A stretch of DNA of 64,000 nucleotides from Phoronis australis (GCA_002633005.1 NMRA01000020.1:397621-461620); one strand, 5' to 3'; shown: positions 47,471-61,880, counted from the stretch's first letter. The notes: generated by a model from the letters alone, not told the origin. Numbers and translations are program-made.

Positions 47471-50400
47471 ATCCAACACTGCGTAAAGCACCATAGTACG
47501 CATAAAAGCGTCTACAAATGATGAAGACATCAGTCTTGATTTCAGCGAATGTCTGGTAGACAACAGTGATGACAGACGATTTGTAATAAAATCACAAAAA
47601 CAACAGATTTTATTTACTTTATAGCTCTGGTAATTAGGAAAAGAATCCTACGCTGACACCGTTATCGGTCGAGTTTGGTCAACTCGGCCGGTTCGCTAAC
47701 CTTAAAATCTGCCGCTATCATCAAAGAAGCCAACCAGCTTTATCACTCTCTAGAGATTAACTCGGATAATCAGGCGCGAAATTGCCCATCGTAAACATGG
47801 TTGTAAACACTGTGGGACGACAATTATATTTTTAAATTTTCAGCTTAAAGTTTATGAATAGCATATTTGTTCTTGAAAAGTACATGTGGCTAGGTTTTTT
47901 AATTTGGAACATCGGACATGAAATGTGACTTTAAACAACAACTGGAAAGGAGTCCACAGCCTACAGTGTATATTCTGTTTCATTGATTCTTCTGGGGACT
48001 CAACACAATGGATTAATCACCAAGGGTCAAAAAGTCTATCTCATTCATCGATAATCCCAAAACTGCATTTGTTGACCGCGGAAACGATAATATACCTTTA
48101 ACAACTTGAACATCTGTGTGAGATGGATTCTTTTGTTGTTTTTTGTGCCTTGGTTTGCGCCGGGGGACACAATATAATAACCCACTCGGAACACTTTGGG
48201 TATTTATGTGGCATCTACTTTCCCTTCACAGGTCATTCAATGCCCTTACGTGCGCTGCAGTATTACGACCAACAATTCTCCAGTTTAAAAGTCACATGGC
48301 CTGCCTTACGACTGAAGTCTGCACATGCACATATATGAAACAACTTTGAGGGATAATTTGAGTCTACTAGGAAAATGTCCGAGGTGTTTCTTACGTCCGT
48401 AAAAAGAGTGTAGACGGTCTGATGTCTATTGTAGTGCATCAGACGCAAGCCTACGCAGGCACATTGCACGAAACGTGAGTTAAACTCACGAGATGCCTGT
48501 TATTTATCAACAGGTTTTTCGTAAAAGAAATTTTCAAGGCTGCCTCTTTTGAGACTTTTCCACTTGTGGCCATGTTCATAGGTTGTAGGCATGCAATGAT
48601 GGTATCCAGGAGCTTGCTAACGGGAGTTCAGGGGTTTTAACGTCACTACCACACTCAGGAAACACTGTGTCAGGCAGCCGGTTACAGTCACTTGTTAAAA
48701 CTTGAATGATGTGTCTTATAATCAATCTGTCCGGAATCAGACAATTTATTCCACATTTTGGTTTGATCACATTGGGAATGTTCTTGGTTTTTCAGCAGGA
48801 ATAAAGCGAATCCCACTGGGCTGCTGACGAGGTACGTACCCTCTGCATACAATCACTCTGTATTATCCGTAGGATATCGGGATAGTAGGTTCAGGTACAT
48901 GATAAAGCTTGTTCCTATATCTTTACTAGTCTATCTGCATTTTCACTAACACCAATTACTAGTCGGGCTGTTGAACCAATGCATATATTGACGGCTCTCT
49001 CGATTGCAAGCATGTCAAGCTCCTCTAATGCTAGTATAAACGCAGGAAGCGTTGACCAATGGTTTCCTGGGGATTCGTGTTGCTACTTGGCTATCAGAAA
49101 AGATGGAATTTGGCAAGTTGCCCAGCTGTGTTGTCTTGACACGCTAGTTGAGCAGCTCTGATTGCAGTGACCTCAGTCTGAAGAAACACAGCTTTCCGCA
49201 TCTGCAATAGAAAACATCCTATTCCAGTACCAGCTTGGCCATTTTTCGTGTAACCAGCCAGTCCGGCTTATATTTTGTTATGGAACGTCCGTCAACGATT
49301 TTTGATGGAGAGTTGGTTTGTGTGATTTTAAGCTGTGGATCTGGACATAACTTGGCACGTTCAATAGTAGTCCACTTTTGGCTATTGTAGCATGTTACAC
49401 AAGCTCTTGTGACTTCTCTTTGCAGTAGAATCACGGATGTGAGTTTTCACTCACTGGCCTCTTGGACGAAGCACTGCACATGTGGCTCCGCCCTCAAAGT
49501 GTGTGTGTACACGAGATAGTAGACCAATCAGAATTTCTAGGGCTGCAGTCAGCGTCCCTAGAAAAGCAGAAATGTTGCATGAATAAGCTAGACATAGCGG
49601 CTGGATAAGTTTTTTCATAACTGCACTCTGTTTCAATGTCGTTATGCATACCGACACAACATAATATGAAGTCGGATAACAACTGCGCGTTAATCTAGAG
49701 CATAACCCATCGAATATTGCTAGCGCAAGTATTAGCTTTCGAGATTTTTCCATAGTATGCGGTGCAGAATATCGCCTAGATAAGTCTTATCATCTACAAG
49801 ATGGGATGGCTATCATTCAGCGTTAAATGCCGAATTGATCACTGCAAAATGTTTCTAGGTGAGCACTGCCACCTTTGTTTTGCTGTCACCACGCCAACTG
49901 ACTTACCCCATGTGGATTCTTTGTTCAGTGTTCTCTTAGCAAAGTAGCGACATGTGCCAGGATTTATGCTGGATACACTGAATGCAGTATCGTCTGCATA
50001 AGGTTTAACAGTACAAACGTGAACCTATTTGACCATCGATAGAGGTGCCCCCTGGTGGTGCGAGCTGTCAAACTGATACTTTCCAGACAATGTTTCACGG
50101 ATTAGCTTCTGAGGTTGTTGTTGATCCACCTGCCACTTTTTCACCTTCTGGAGCGGTTTAAAGTTACTCGGGTCACATTACGTTAAAGAGTTCCCACCAT
50201 TCATTTTCTTACTTTTTCAGGTTTCAGTTAGCTAATATGAATCGAATACCATAAAATCTTGCTAAATAGGCACTTTTTATGCCAAATAGTGGCAACTTTT
50301 TTAATTTTGAAGAAAAATTTACTTATTTCTAAGTTTCCCGCCAAATGATGCAATGGGTGGAAGACGGTTGGCCGCTTGACAATCATTTGCAATGTCGGAA

Positions 50401-50929
50401 CACTGCAGGTCAGAAGACAACGACAATATTAGGCGAGAATTGTACAATTATTATGCAGACAGAGAGGAGAGCGGATACGGGCACTTATACTCAAGTACTT
50501 GAAGAATCACTGCAGACAATGAATTCGATTTCCCATTTAGAGAACTTTCGTCGGGTTTCAGGCCGTATGAACTCGACCCACTTGCACGAGAAATGACATA
50601 TGTGAGCCACAACCAACTCTACCAAGTGGTGGTAACTACTCACAAAATAGACACTTAACAATTACTGACAAAGGCCACAGCCAACCTGGGTTACTCGTAT
50701 TCACTATTGCCGTGATGGAATGAGCACAGTCTAAACACAATATGCATAAGCCTACTTGTAGTAGCACTCGATCTGGGTCGGGGTCCAGGGCCTGGCTTCA
50801 CTCGCCCTAGAACGGAAACAGTTTGTTCGTTATTTACAAAATTTGCAAATGCACTTACTTGGTGGTGAGTCCTTCATTGTAGCGCCGCTTATGTGTGTGG
50901 TCGAAACTCGATTCTTTGAAATATGCCGA

Positions 50930-51112
50930 TCAAAGTGTGGCTTACGCCAAACTGAATCGCATGTTCCACACTGACACTCCACACTCTTGTGCGCCGCCCA
51001 TGACAAACCGATGCCATTTTTGTGCAACTTTCACGTATTTAGGAAATTTGAACACTAAGACGTTCACAGTCGAGTTGTTGTTACCACAGTTTCCACAAAC
51101 GTGCCCTTTCAT
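50930..51112 (-). pseudogene. Decayed THAP-domain-like fragment (DNA transposon remnant)
   Basis: MKGHVCGNCGNNN..VFKFPK..AQKWHRFV, then an out-of-frame ..PHF. This matches the THAP pattern C-x2-4-C..FP..W..HF. Confidence 0.45.
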
Positions 51113-51439
51113 GTCTGAAAAAGACGGCTCCACGCGGACTTTCTTCACAACTCCTCAGTATCGCACTGGTAAAACAACAACGACTGCGGCGGTCTTCCAC
51201 CCATTGCGTACAAACTCGATAACAAAAAAATATATTTTTAAAATTTTTAGATTGTTTCGTAGCAACAGGTGTATTAAAGGCTATTAAATCTGTTAAGATG
51301 TAATAATAAAATTCCTTTTTGAGACACAGGGTGATGGTGGGAACTCTTTAATGCTACTGAACGCTCATACGAGGTCAATAAAGGCACAGCGGGCAAATTT
51401 TTATTAAAAACAATCCTTTCCAGGCTAGCAACCCGGCTG

Positions 51440-51740
51440 GATGATTTGGACCAGTCTCAATAGATAAGCCAGGTATATAAGCATGCTTGTTATTCTGGAG
51501 TGTGTCATGCATACCTTGTTTTTCCAGATACATCAGAGTGAGCTTTTCTAGTCCTTTGGGAAGGTAGGACGTTAAGGTTATAGGCCAAAAGGACTCAGTC
51601 AAAAGGTACGAGTTCCTCCTTGGTATTGAAGACTATCCTGACTTGTCCATGTTTTGGGGATACAACCTAGTCGAAGACTGGGTTTGTAAACCGCTGTTAG
51701 CACGTGGAACGGTGAGCTCCCGGCTTCTTGCAGCATCATG
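51440..51740 (-). mobile_element. Non-LTR retrotransposon reverse transcriptase fragment (frameshifted)
   Basis: LTAVYKPSLRLGCIPKTW followed by SFWPITLTSYLPKGLEKL..KHAYIPGLSIET. These match LINE RT N-terminal motifs (..SL..GxIPxxW; xRPIxLTSxLxKxLEK..QHAY..GxSTET). Confidence 0.8.
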
Positions 51741-54700
51741 ATCGAGTATGTCCTGTTTAGTTCTAGGGGCATCCATGATTTAAAATACTTTAAAGCCAAT
51801 ACCTCACGGTGGGGTATGACCATGTCTTCAATGATTCACACAAATAAGATTCCGTTACGTTGACAAGACACGTTTATGCTACACTGTGTCGGGATAGTGC
51901 TTAGCCACCATGACCTTGATTGTTTCTTCTAGGAAACGCGTCTATTAGTCATTTTCAATGACCCCGAATCTGAAGTTGCCCGTCTTTAGCACGTGCTGTC
52001 AGATCTGTGGTCAACGAAATCAATTGGTTTGATTCCCAGAGCCCTTGATCCAACGTGTAAGGCAAGGGATATCTACTGATTTGGTTACAACATTATTCAT
52101 AGGCGGATTTAGGGGGGGGAATGAGGCCCCCCACCCCTTGGGTGCCGTAAGCATAATGTAACAGCAACACCAAGAGCGTGAAGCGTGAAGAAATATTGAG
52201 TTCAGGAGCTAGGACGGGTAGCGGACGAGGGGATCGATAGATTTTCTGAACAGAAGGTGTACATCCTCGGCCCCCGCACCTTTCGGGCCACCTGTGTACT
52301 TACAATCGCGCTTTGCCCAATTCCCCGAGGATGTTGCCCCCACCCTTATGGTATCCTAGGTCAGCCAATGTCATTATCGTCATCTGCTGTTGGGGTGTGG
52401 GGGTCGAGGGGCTTTTAGAACAATCCCTGGCAAAATTGTCGTGGTTGCATTGGATCATGTAGATTTTCTGCTTGGGCTTTCTCTCCAAACAGTGCAATCG
52501 CGTTTCTCTTCACTGAAGTCATAGTGTGTCTCCTCTGTATTTCGTATTGATGGGTTTTATCTAATGGTGATTGAAGACGTGCAATTGCAATCTCACATAC
52601 GCATATTTTTGTTTTGGCTTTTGACATGGTTTTTGTCACTAAACTGCTAGCTCTGTTGTATTGATTTCCAATTTATGGAGCTTTTGTCAGGTTAGTGACT
52701 AGCTAGGCTTGGCTTCACTTAATTTTCCTTAAACAATTGTGATCGTTTTCTCAGACAATGCTTTTCCTTGATTGAGATTTCTGACGCTCCGTCGTTTGTT
52801 GACTTATTGTTGTGCCTATCAAGACATAACTTTGGTATTATTGTGCTCTCCCACTTGACAATTACCAAATGTACTAATTAGCACATCATTAATTAGCACA
52901 TCATTGCCTGGAAATAATTTGTGCGCATTTTCTCGTTGAGTGGTAGTTATGGGTATATTCTTAGATTAATTGTTCTTTTGCTAAAATGATACAGTGTTAA
53001 TTATTTTTTGTCAGAAATAATTAAGTGTATCATAATACCAAATTTCTGTCTCAATTCATAGACATCTCATAGACATGGAATGCCAACTCGTGCAGGTGAT
53101 CCAAGCATTTCTGTCTTAGAGCTTACGACCCCGAGATTTAATGAGAATCGAATGTCCTGCTTTTCAATCCAATTGTTCCGTTTTTTTTTTAATTCTCGAA
53201 TGTTGGCAACTATCCATCCGGTGTTCAAAAAACATTGTAGCTTTGTTATTTTCCAGAGCCCGCTTTCTTAAGTAACATAGCCATCGTAAAAGTATGTTCC
53301 AATATCGTTAATATTGTTTTCAATAACACACATCATATGTATCAGAATCACTAATTTTAACTTTCTGAAGAAATGAGTTTATTTCTAATCTTCTTTGAAA
53401 AGTCCTACACTGCAACCAATGTAATGAGGTATCCAAAGTGTATTTCAAAGCTACACTATAGATGTTTGCCCATTTTTATATATCAGAACCCTTAGCTACA
53501 ACTTACGGATGGGTAACTGGAGTAATTAGTTTACCTCATTTTCGCTGCATCCCGAATTTTTACTGAGTAATGAAATTGTATAAAACGGCACCAAAGGTTC
53601 ATTTAGAAAGAATAGAATTTTGGATGAATGCCTTACTTAACTCTTTACTGCAACCGTGAGGGATCCATGTTCTAAAATCGTTGCCTTTATCCGGTTGCAA
53701 ACTTGCATCATCGGAACTATTTCCCTGCTGGTTTAATTACAACCTTTCTCGTTCATTTCCTTTTGATGTTACTGTAACACCCTAAATTATTAACATTACA
53801 CTTAATTGATCGACTAATTAGTGCATCTATCAGATAATTAGTACATTAAGGGTTTCACCATTACACTTTTATTTTTCTTATTTTGGTAGCACTCTTGGTT
53901 TTTAGAATTAAAAAATATTTTTAACCTGTCGGGTATGCAAAATGGTAATCATTTATGAAGCAAATTAATTATCTTAAGCTTTTGGTATAATCATCCGCCA
54001 TCAGGTACTGAAGAAAGGCTTTCTCATCATATGACTCCTGAGCAATTCGGTTTTAAAAAGTATAGATGCAGAAAATAAAAATGTGACATTTTCCCCATTG
54101 GCCTAGTGTTAAAATATATAATTGCTTAGGTAGGGCCTACATGAATTTGGTATCGTATTAGAGCTCAAGTGGTTCTTGATAATGTGGAAAAATTTTAACA
54201 AAATTTTAAACTTTCGAACTTATTTTAATATGCCTCGATGGCTTTACGTTACGCCTTTCAGCTCGGCAGTGGCACCGTATTACCGCGCCTTTAGGCCCAT
54301 TAGCCAACATCCGAAATAATGCCTTTTTCGCCACCGTTTTATCCAAGTGGCTCACATATTGGCGCACGCGCTTCAGTTTTGCTTATAAGCGCAGGTAATA
54401 TCCCCTGCATAAGCCCTCACATTAATTCGCTTATAGGCCCACCCGTTTTGACTGCCAATGTGCCTTCCTCAGTAATGACAATTTTTACTTTTGCCTCTGC
54501 ATCTTTCGAGTTGTTTGGCGTATTTTTAAGAAATTTGTTAAATAATTTGGTATTACCATATTGCCGCACCTTTAGGTCCTCGTACCTATATCCGAAATAA
54601 TGCGGACTTTTTTTACCCAAAAAGTAGATGAAGTTTGTTAGGAAGATATTTTCTGCGATAACAGTTCTAAACTTACGTCGTTTGTATTACACAAACATTC

Positions 54701-57700
54701 CACCCCATTCCCCATTTTCCTTACCAACAGCCAACACCGGAATAAATGAATGCAAACAAATCCCACGCATGCGCGGCACAATCACAACCGCACGAGATCG
54801 AACTTAGCTTTCTAGTTCTACATTTCTATGGTCGTAAGTCACTTTTCAAGAAGCCGATCCCTGGACTGTGACAACCGTATGCGTATTTGAGGTTGTTTCT
54901 GCAAGAGCTGGTGTTTTTATTGAGCATGTCTAACTGGCATGGCTTGTGTAGCTCTGTGACAAATTCAATTAGAAAGTCAGGATCACAATTAGACATCGCA
55001 TGTTTCTATCTCCATGAGGCCAGGACTAATTTTGGCAAACATTCAATCTTCTGCTCTGGCCACGTGTTATGGCACCATCTCGATTCAAATGTCCACCCGA
55101 GTTTATCCATAGGTTTCTCCATATGTATTTCCCAAGGTGTACATTAAGTCCAGCTATCCGGCTGTGTGATGTTCAATTCTATAGCCACCCCGTTATTTCA
55201 ACTATCGTATTAACCCTTTTATGATTTGTTTTAAATCTCTGCCTTCTTCTACTGCCATTTTGTTACTCAAATTTCCAATATCTTCTTTCCTAGTATTACA
55301 TTACTGTTATACTGAAAAGCTTTTTTCCTGAATAAATTTGTCTTAACATTCATCTGTGTTAGAATGTTTAGCATTACGTCATTTGACGTCATTATGGCGT
55401 TTTGGACCTAGTGTTACGGGATATCTATTCTAATTTCCGGGTTCAAATTGCGTCATCTACTGCCTTGACACGTCATCACTAAACATCTGAGTAGCCCCGC
55501 GAGTTTCGTATGCTCATTAAGTATTCGAAAATATTTAGCAATTTATCACTGTGACAACTGACGGTAATACAGAATTTAATTTGTTACTATCCTAGTAACA
55601 GTAGAATAATATGTGGATGTTTCCATTAATTTAAAATGGCAATAAGCTGTGATAACAGTGGCTTCTGTCACGAGTACGGGTTTTGAGCGACGATGGCCTT
55701 GTTTGAAGATTCGTTACCGGAAGGCAACTGAATTGCCCACGCAACCAACCGAATGCGGTACTTATAATTAATACGATTGAGGAATAACACGACGCATGCC
55801 TCTTATCTGAAGAATTCTGACATATAGGGGAAACAGCATTCTCGTTTTTTAAAGTTGTGTAATGTATTCCGAACCCCGGCGGTTTCTCAGTTCAAACTTT
55901 TAAATAAAACCTTATTACACTTTCAAATTATCTGAAATATCCTTTTTATGCTAATGTTCTGTCCAGGGATATTGAAAATACTTTACCTTATATTTTCAGT
56001 TGTTTAAATATCGATTGGCTTAAGTTATTTAGCTAATCATCAATCCAAACCTAAGCGAAATATAGCCGAAAATAAAGGCCCATAGATTTTCTGAAATAAA
56101 CAGCTAGTATTTTGCTTGAATGCATGAATATATTACCTAAGTAAAATATAATTCTAAAAACACTCTTGTTCCGAGTATTGTATCGATTTTCTCACACGAT
56201 TACTCTTAGAGCCTTTTCGACATTCTAAAATAACCCAAAGCGGTGTCGTCGGTACATGTATATGCCATCATTTTGTATTTGTGGATAACGTTATTATTAA
56301 CGCAAATAGTGACCAGTAGGTGGTCTAGTATCGGTCCCTGGCACTACAGTTGACAGCCAAGAAATCTCAATAGCGGCAACTAAGCATTCCGTTTATAGAA
56401 CAGTCATGATGGGCCTCATCAAAAGCCTTTTAAGGTCTAAAATACCGCACCAACAAAGTGACCCTCGTCCAAGCGGGGCTGCAAGTAACCTGTAATATCG
56501 ATCAAAGCGATGACTGTAGAATGCCTAGGCGTAAACCAGATTTACGAGAATAAATGATGCACAAACCTGATAGTGGAAAAGCCTCTAAAAATCTTTATGA
56601 CTAGTTTCGGTAACAGTGATTTATGCCTACTGCTAGCGGTCATTTCGTTTGCCCTCTTTTGGTGTGACCACAGAGCCGGAAAACTACCCGGCCCTCTTCC
56701 CAAAGTTTGACTGGTCATTGCACATTCGTAGATTGTTGAAGTAAGACGCACGCATTTTTTCAAGAATAGTATTTTTCGATGTCGCCAAACGGTCGAATCA
56801 ATCGATAACATTTTTTTTCTAGCGCTGCTTGTCTCATGCAAAACTATTCATGCTGGCATGTGAATTGCGACCTGCTAAAATAACTTTATTCATTTTGTTT
56901 TAAGGATCTTGTGTTATGTCCTTGTTTCTGTGGCATTGGTTAAACTTTCATTCAATAATTGTGAAGTGTGAGAGTAAGACCATTTTTTTCTTCAATCGCA
57001 ATTCGTGAAACAAACTTCTGTGACTTGAGTTAGCCAAAGAAACTGCGCAGTTATCATGGCTGTTATATGACGCTATTGTCAAACGTATGAGCAACCTATC
57101 AAAAAATGTATGATTTAACGTTTTGACCATCACCTTCTAGCATTTCTTTCAATTTTCACATTTCATAAAACGGACCTATCGTCTTCCTCATAGCCCAAAC
57201 AATGTAGGACCGATTGGCAGAGACGTTGACGCTCTCTCAGATGGGTACACCACCATCTCAGGTACATAGTTTTACTGGGCTTTGTCTGCGCACTAGTGTA
57301 CGCCCAGTTATCAGTCTCGGGCGGATAATTACTTATTACATGTGCGCTTCAAGTCTCATTGAATGATACTTGAAGCGCACAGATTAGTGGCATTATCTTG
57401 ATTACAATTATCGCAGGCAAAAAATGTCACCTCCACTTACCGAAATTGCGTTTTTAACGGCAGCATCCCCCCATGCACGCTACGGTCGGTGAGTAGTCTT
57501 TTATTTACTTACTACACCAGCAGAAACCATTGCAGTACCAGTTTAGAAAAGTGAGTTGTTACATCGTCACGACAGGTGACACTGATGATGCCGTACCTAC
57601 GAATGACTGAATGTTGACCAGTGTTACTACGGGAACCGTGACTATAGTCTTAAACGGTGAGATTATATCATTTCGAATTTTAGAGGTGGGTTAATTGTCG

Positions 57701-58378
57701 CTTAAAAACTCATCCACATCTTACAGCTATCATGACCATTTGCCAATAACAAGGCCACTGACTTTTACAATGGAAACATGTAATATTATAGTTTCTAGCT
57801 TGTGACGTAAACCTGTGGCTATAGCAACTGGGAATGTTGCCATGTCGTGACTGGCTGAAATGCGAATTCAAAATGAAATGCAGTGAATCAGAATACAATG
57901 TAGCAAGTATTGCAAGAAGGCAAGTCAACCAGTCAAGGGTAACAGACGTGCAATGTAACGCACACCGGGCAGCCATCGCCTACGTCACGTATTGAACATA
58001 ATATCCTGTTTACAGCACGACGAAGAAGACATTTTTGTTCGAAGACGTCGAACTAGAAATCTAATTGCTTTGGCTGTGATTTTTTGAGAAACGCTATTAA
58101 CGGTAAAGAATTGTAATTATTTTTCCACCCACAAAGAAAAATGTGGGATTAGTGGACTAGCCCCTTTGGTCTTCACAAACTATCCCCTCTTTTCATTAAA
58201 TATTTCCGGTTACTTAAGCTCCCAGCTGCCACCGGCTTTCCATCGAGGGATCGTCTCCCATTCGTTGCAGTAGCCACCAAGCTCATATCAGACCGTGCAA
58301 CCACCGTCGATTGAAACTGATAACCGGCGATCATGTTACAGAAGTTCACCAGACGTTGATAATTCTCCATTCCGATAC

Positions 58379-58430
58379 GGCGTGGCCGTCTCCTTTTCTC
58401 CAATGGCGTGGCCGTCTCCTTTTCTCCAAT
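58379..58430. repeat. 26-bp perfect tandem duplication
   Basis: GGCGTGGCCGTCTCCTTTTCTCCAAT x2. Confidence 0.95.
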
Positions 58431-59135
58431 CGCTTAGTATATCTGGTCCTTCGATCGCGGTCAATTAGAAAACTTCAGAAACTAAGTTACCCGGGATTTC
58501 AGTTGGCATACCGCGCCCGCGCACATCAGCGCTAGACTCAGTGTCACGGCACCTCCGTGCCTTCGTGCGCTGAAGTTGCCATGGTTTTCGATTTTTTTTC
58601 TTGTACTCGGAGCCTAATTTCTGAACTCGAGCTCCGGGTTATGTTTTATCCATATTTCTACATTCCTTCAAGGAAGAAAAACAAGCGTGTAACACTCTGT
58701 GATCACGGTAGATTGCGTTTTACGTGGATAATTTTCAAGTTTTAGTTCGCACGTGACGACCTCAGAATTTAAGTCAGAATCTTTCCCGGGTTTGAAATCG
58801 TTATGCTTGAATCTAGAGTTCATCAAGTGTGACCACCTTGTGGATTGGAAATTCGTTTGTGTAAACCATGAAGTTCCAGAGAACATAACCCGCATAAGTG
58901 CCATCCACACTACAACATTACCCAAGAACAAGCTGCTTCTGGAACCAGTTGCCGCAATTTTAGTAGCAGCTTGGACGCTGCACTTGAACCAGGGCAACTT
59001 GACATACATGAGACAACTTTCACCTCCTCATCGAGGTAGGGTAACTTGCTCTAGGGCAACTTGTACAGTGGGCGCAAACTTGCAGACACGGCGGAAGTAA
59101 TACCACCTTTACGCCTGCTCAGTTAACATGTATAA

Positions 59136-59196
59136 CATGGGAGGCGCAGCACTGAAAATGTGGGGGGGGCTGTAGCCCCCTAGTGCGCCGCCCATG
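59136..59196. mobile_element. Minimal hAT-like MITE remnant
   Basis: CATGGGAGGCGCA ... TGCGCCGCCCATG around GGGGGCTGTAGCCCCC. Confidence 0.5.
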
Positions 59197-61745
59197 TATA
59201 TGTGTTTAATTCTTTTTGTGTCACATTTGTCGCACTGAGTGTAGGGTGTGTAGTGTGTACTCTCTAGGGCAAGTTCGGTTCTAGATTTATTTAGTGTGGA
59301 CATGATTCATGGACACTTATTTAGAGTTCGTAAACCGAGTTCTTGTTCAGAGGCTAAGACTCGGGAGTCCAGTTCTGCAATGTTTAAAGCAAGGTTGTCA
59401 TTTTTGTATCTTCCCCTTAGAAATGCAAAAGTGTAATCGATAAGTTTTTCCAGCAAAATGTGCAACTGCTCGTAGTTCTCAACGAACAGAAACTTTACAA
59501 AAACGCCGATGTTTCAGATGTCAGACAAAAGCTGCTCCCCGATAATGCAGCGTATACATATGCCAATGTTGCAAAAAGAACATCTCGTCAGTCAAAATGC
59601 AAGAGTTACATTCTGTACTGCATTGCATTTCGCAACTGGCAACTATGAATGCTTCTTACAAATTGAGATTGCAATAGGCACGTACCACAGCGCTTGGACT
59701 TTTATGCTGAATGAATCATAATTTACATCAGTTTAATATGCAACTTGTTCAAACAAGGGTGATGTAAATTATTGGAATTTGCAGATCGAATATTGCTTAT
59801 TGGTACTCAACTAATAACCTATGTGGTGTGCGTAGAATAAAATGTGTTTATTTAATTAGAAGACGTGCTCTTCAACTCTTAAGAAAGTACTTTGAAATTT
59901 GCACAAACTCCCGCAAAGCATGAAGCGTGATCGTTTTGTATAAGTGCAAATGAAAAGACTGTCTAAGTGACTCGATTACAGCCATATTGCCGTTTTATTT
60001 AATTACACACTGCGTTAAAGTATTGTACCTTTCTCATGCAATGAGTGAACATTTGAAATCTTGTAAAATTCTTTTCAGTTGTCACTCAGACTGACTTGAA
60101 TTTCATTTTACCTTTGCGTCGACAAGGCAGTTTGTGTGTGAATTAATTTCATAGATCATTGTACCTTTTGATTTGGTTTGGGCGACTTACGTGGCAGTAT
60201 CTGTGAGTAAATACTCCCTGGTGAACTACATAAAGCGAGGTGTATTAGCCTTAAATGTGAATCAATCACTAACAAAGGTCGACCAATGGTACACACATTT
60301 ATTTTTTTTTGAAATGCATCAATGGTAGAAAAAACATATGCGCATCAGACTAGAGCTATTTTTCTGCAAAGGCCATGTCACTCGCAGTTCAACTAAACAA
60401 TTCTTCTTCCAAAATTTAAGTACACGGAAAACTAATGTAATTCTGTGGGCATCGATTCAAATTAAAATAGTCAGTCCTCTGTCAATTATATAGGATAACT
60501 AAGATACAATTCCAAGGCTTAGTACAAAACATTAAGTCATTCCGTTCCACAAAAAGTAGAGCCGAGTCGCTGAAGAATTGAAATGCCCACCCCATTGTAA
60601 CATTTCCACTCAATAATTTGCGCGAGCGTGTTTTCATCCATTCACTTCAAGTTACTACAGAGGCTTTTCAAAATAACAATGATTACGACATTCTCATGAA
60701 TACTGTCCCCTAGCATCGAGTTATTTGGCAAAAATGGACCTTCTTTTTGTCGAAAAGTCCCCTCTTTAGCAGCTCATAACGTGTCTATACCACACCTACC
60801 GACCACTGTGTAACACGCCTTGATTAGAGTAAGCCGTAAGAGTAAACACGTGGACGTACATTTCGTAGAATTTGGGTACGGCAGTGCAATGACAGCCGTT
60901 TGCATCTTCTCCTTCTGTATTTAGCTCATTCGGCGAAGTTAACGCTTATCCCGACTTTGTTGTTACGATTGATCCTCACTTAGAGCATACATGTACATTG
61001 GGATGGTCACAGTCACATTACATTACCTTGCGAAAAACGTCCTTCCCCAGAGCAGGCTTAATGTGCGCCACATGTCCCATATGAAAAGTGCGACGCAGAT
61101 CTGATGAGGTATCGACAGAAAAATGGTCATGTCGATTAAAAACGGGGCGATTATCAGGAGAGCCGGCCGGATGCCAACGTCAGAACTTACCATCCAGGTC
61201 ACCGCTACTTTTGGTCCAACAAAACTTACCCGATCCTAAGGGACTGAGAGAGAACAACAGAGCATCGCTCGAAAGGTAGCCAAGACATAACGACCCTTTC
61301 GTGTTGTACGTTGGTTAATGGAGATGGAACAAAAATACGAAATGGAAATATGTGCAACGGGAAAAAGAAACAAAAGAAATAGGTTCATCATCGAAATCAC
61401 GATTTCTTTGTTTTTGAGGCGGAAGTAAAGTTATCTGCATTAAGTCTAAAGCCTTTTCACTTGTGCTCGTTTACGTCAAAGCTTGATTCCATATCATTCT
61501 GTGCTGCCCGTAGCAGTAGAGAGTCCAAAATCCTGTCGAGAGCTTGCACTTCGTAATCTTCAATGACGCCATCTGGTGAAGAAATACGATACAAATGAAG
61601 TAGACTTATGGCGCCTTGGGAACAACGGCGAAATACACGATGAAGACACCGTAGCAAACAACAGGAAAAAAGTCAGCGTGCTGACTTTCGCCAGGCACCA
61701 CAAATCTCTACGACGCGACAGTGTACTAATGCAGTATATAGGGAG

Positions 61746-61880
61746 TCCTACACGGGTTTCAGGTTTATGACATTTGCAAAACCTCTAGGAAATGTCGTCA
61801 AATTCCGAGGCTTGCTGAGGAATTTTGACGAAATTTCCAAGAGGTTTTGTACATGTTATAGATATGAGACGAGTGTAGGA
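61746..61880. repeat. ~135-bp imperfect palindrome (probable non-autonomous DNA element core)
   Basis: TCCTACAC..AAAACCTCTAGGAAATGTCGTCAAATTCC [GAGGCTTGCTGA] GGAATTTTGACGAAATTTCCAAGAGGTTTT..GTGTAGGA. Confidence 0.85.

Noticed and set aside
48500-49760. Cluster of minus-strand ORFs as a second gene
   Set aside because: No recognisable domain, and I could not build a consistent spliced model.
61095-61135. CTGATGAG..GAAA hammerhead candidate
   Set aside because: The stem II closing pair is mismatched (G/A), stem III is not formed and stem I is minimal; compatible with chance.
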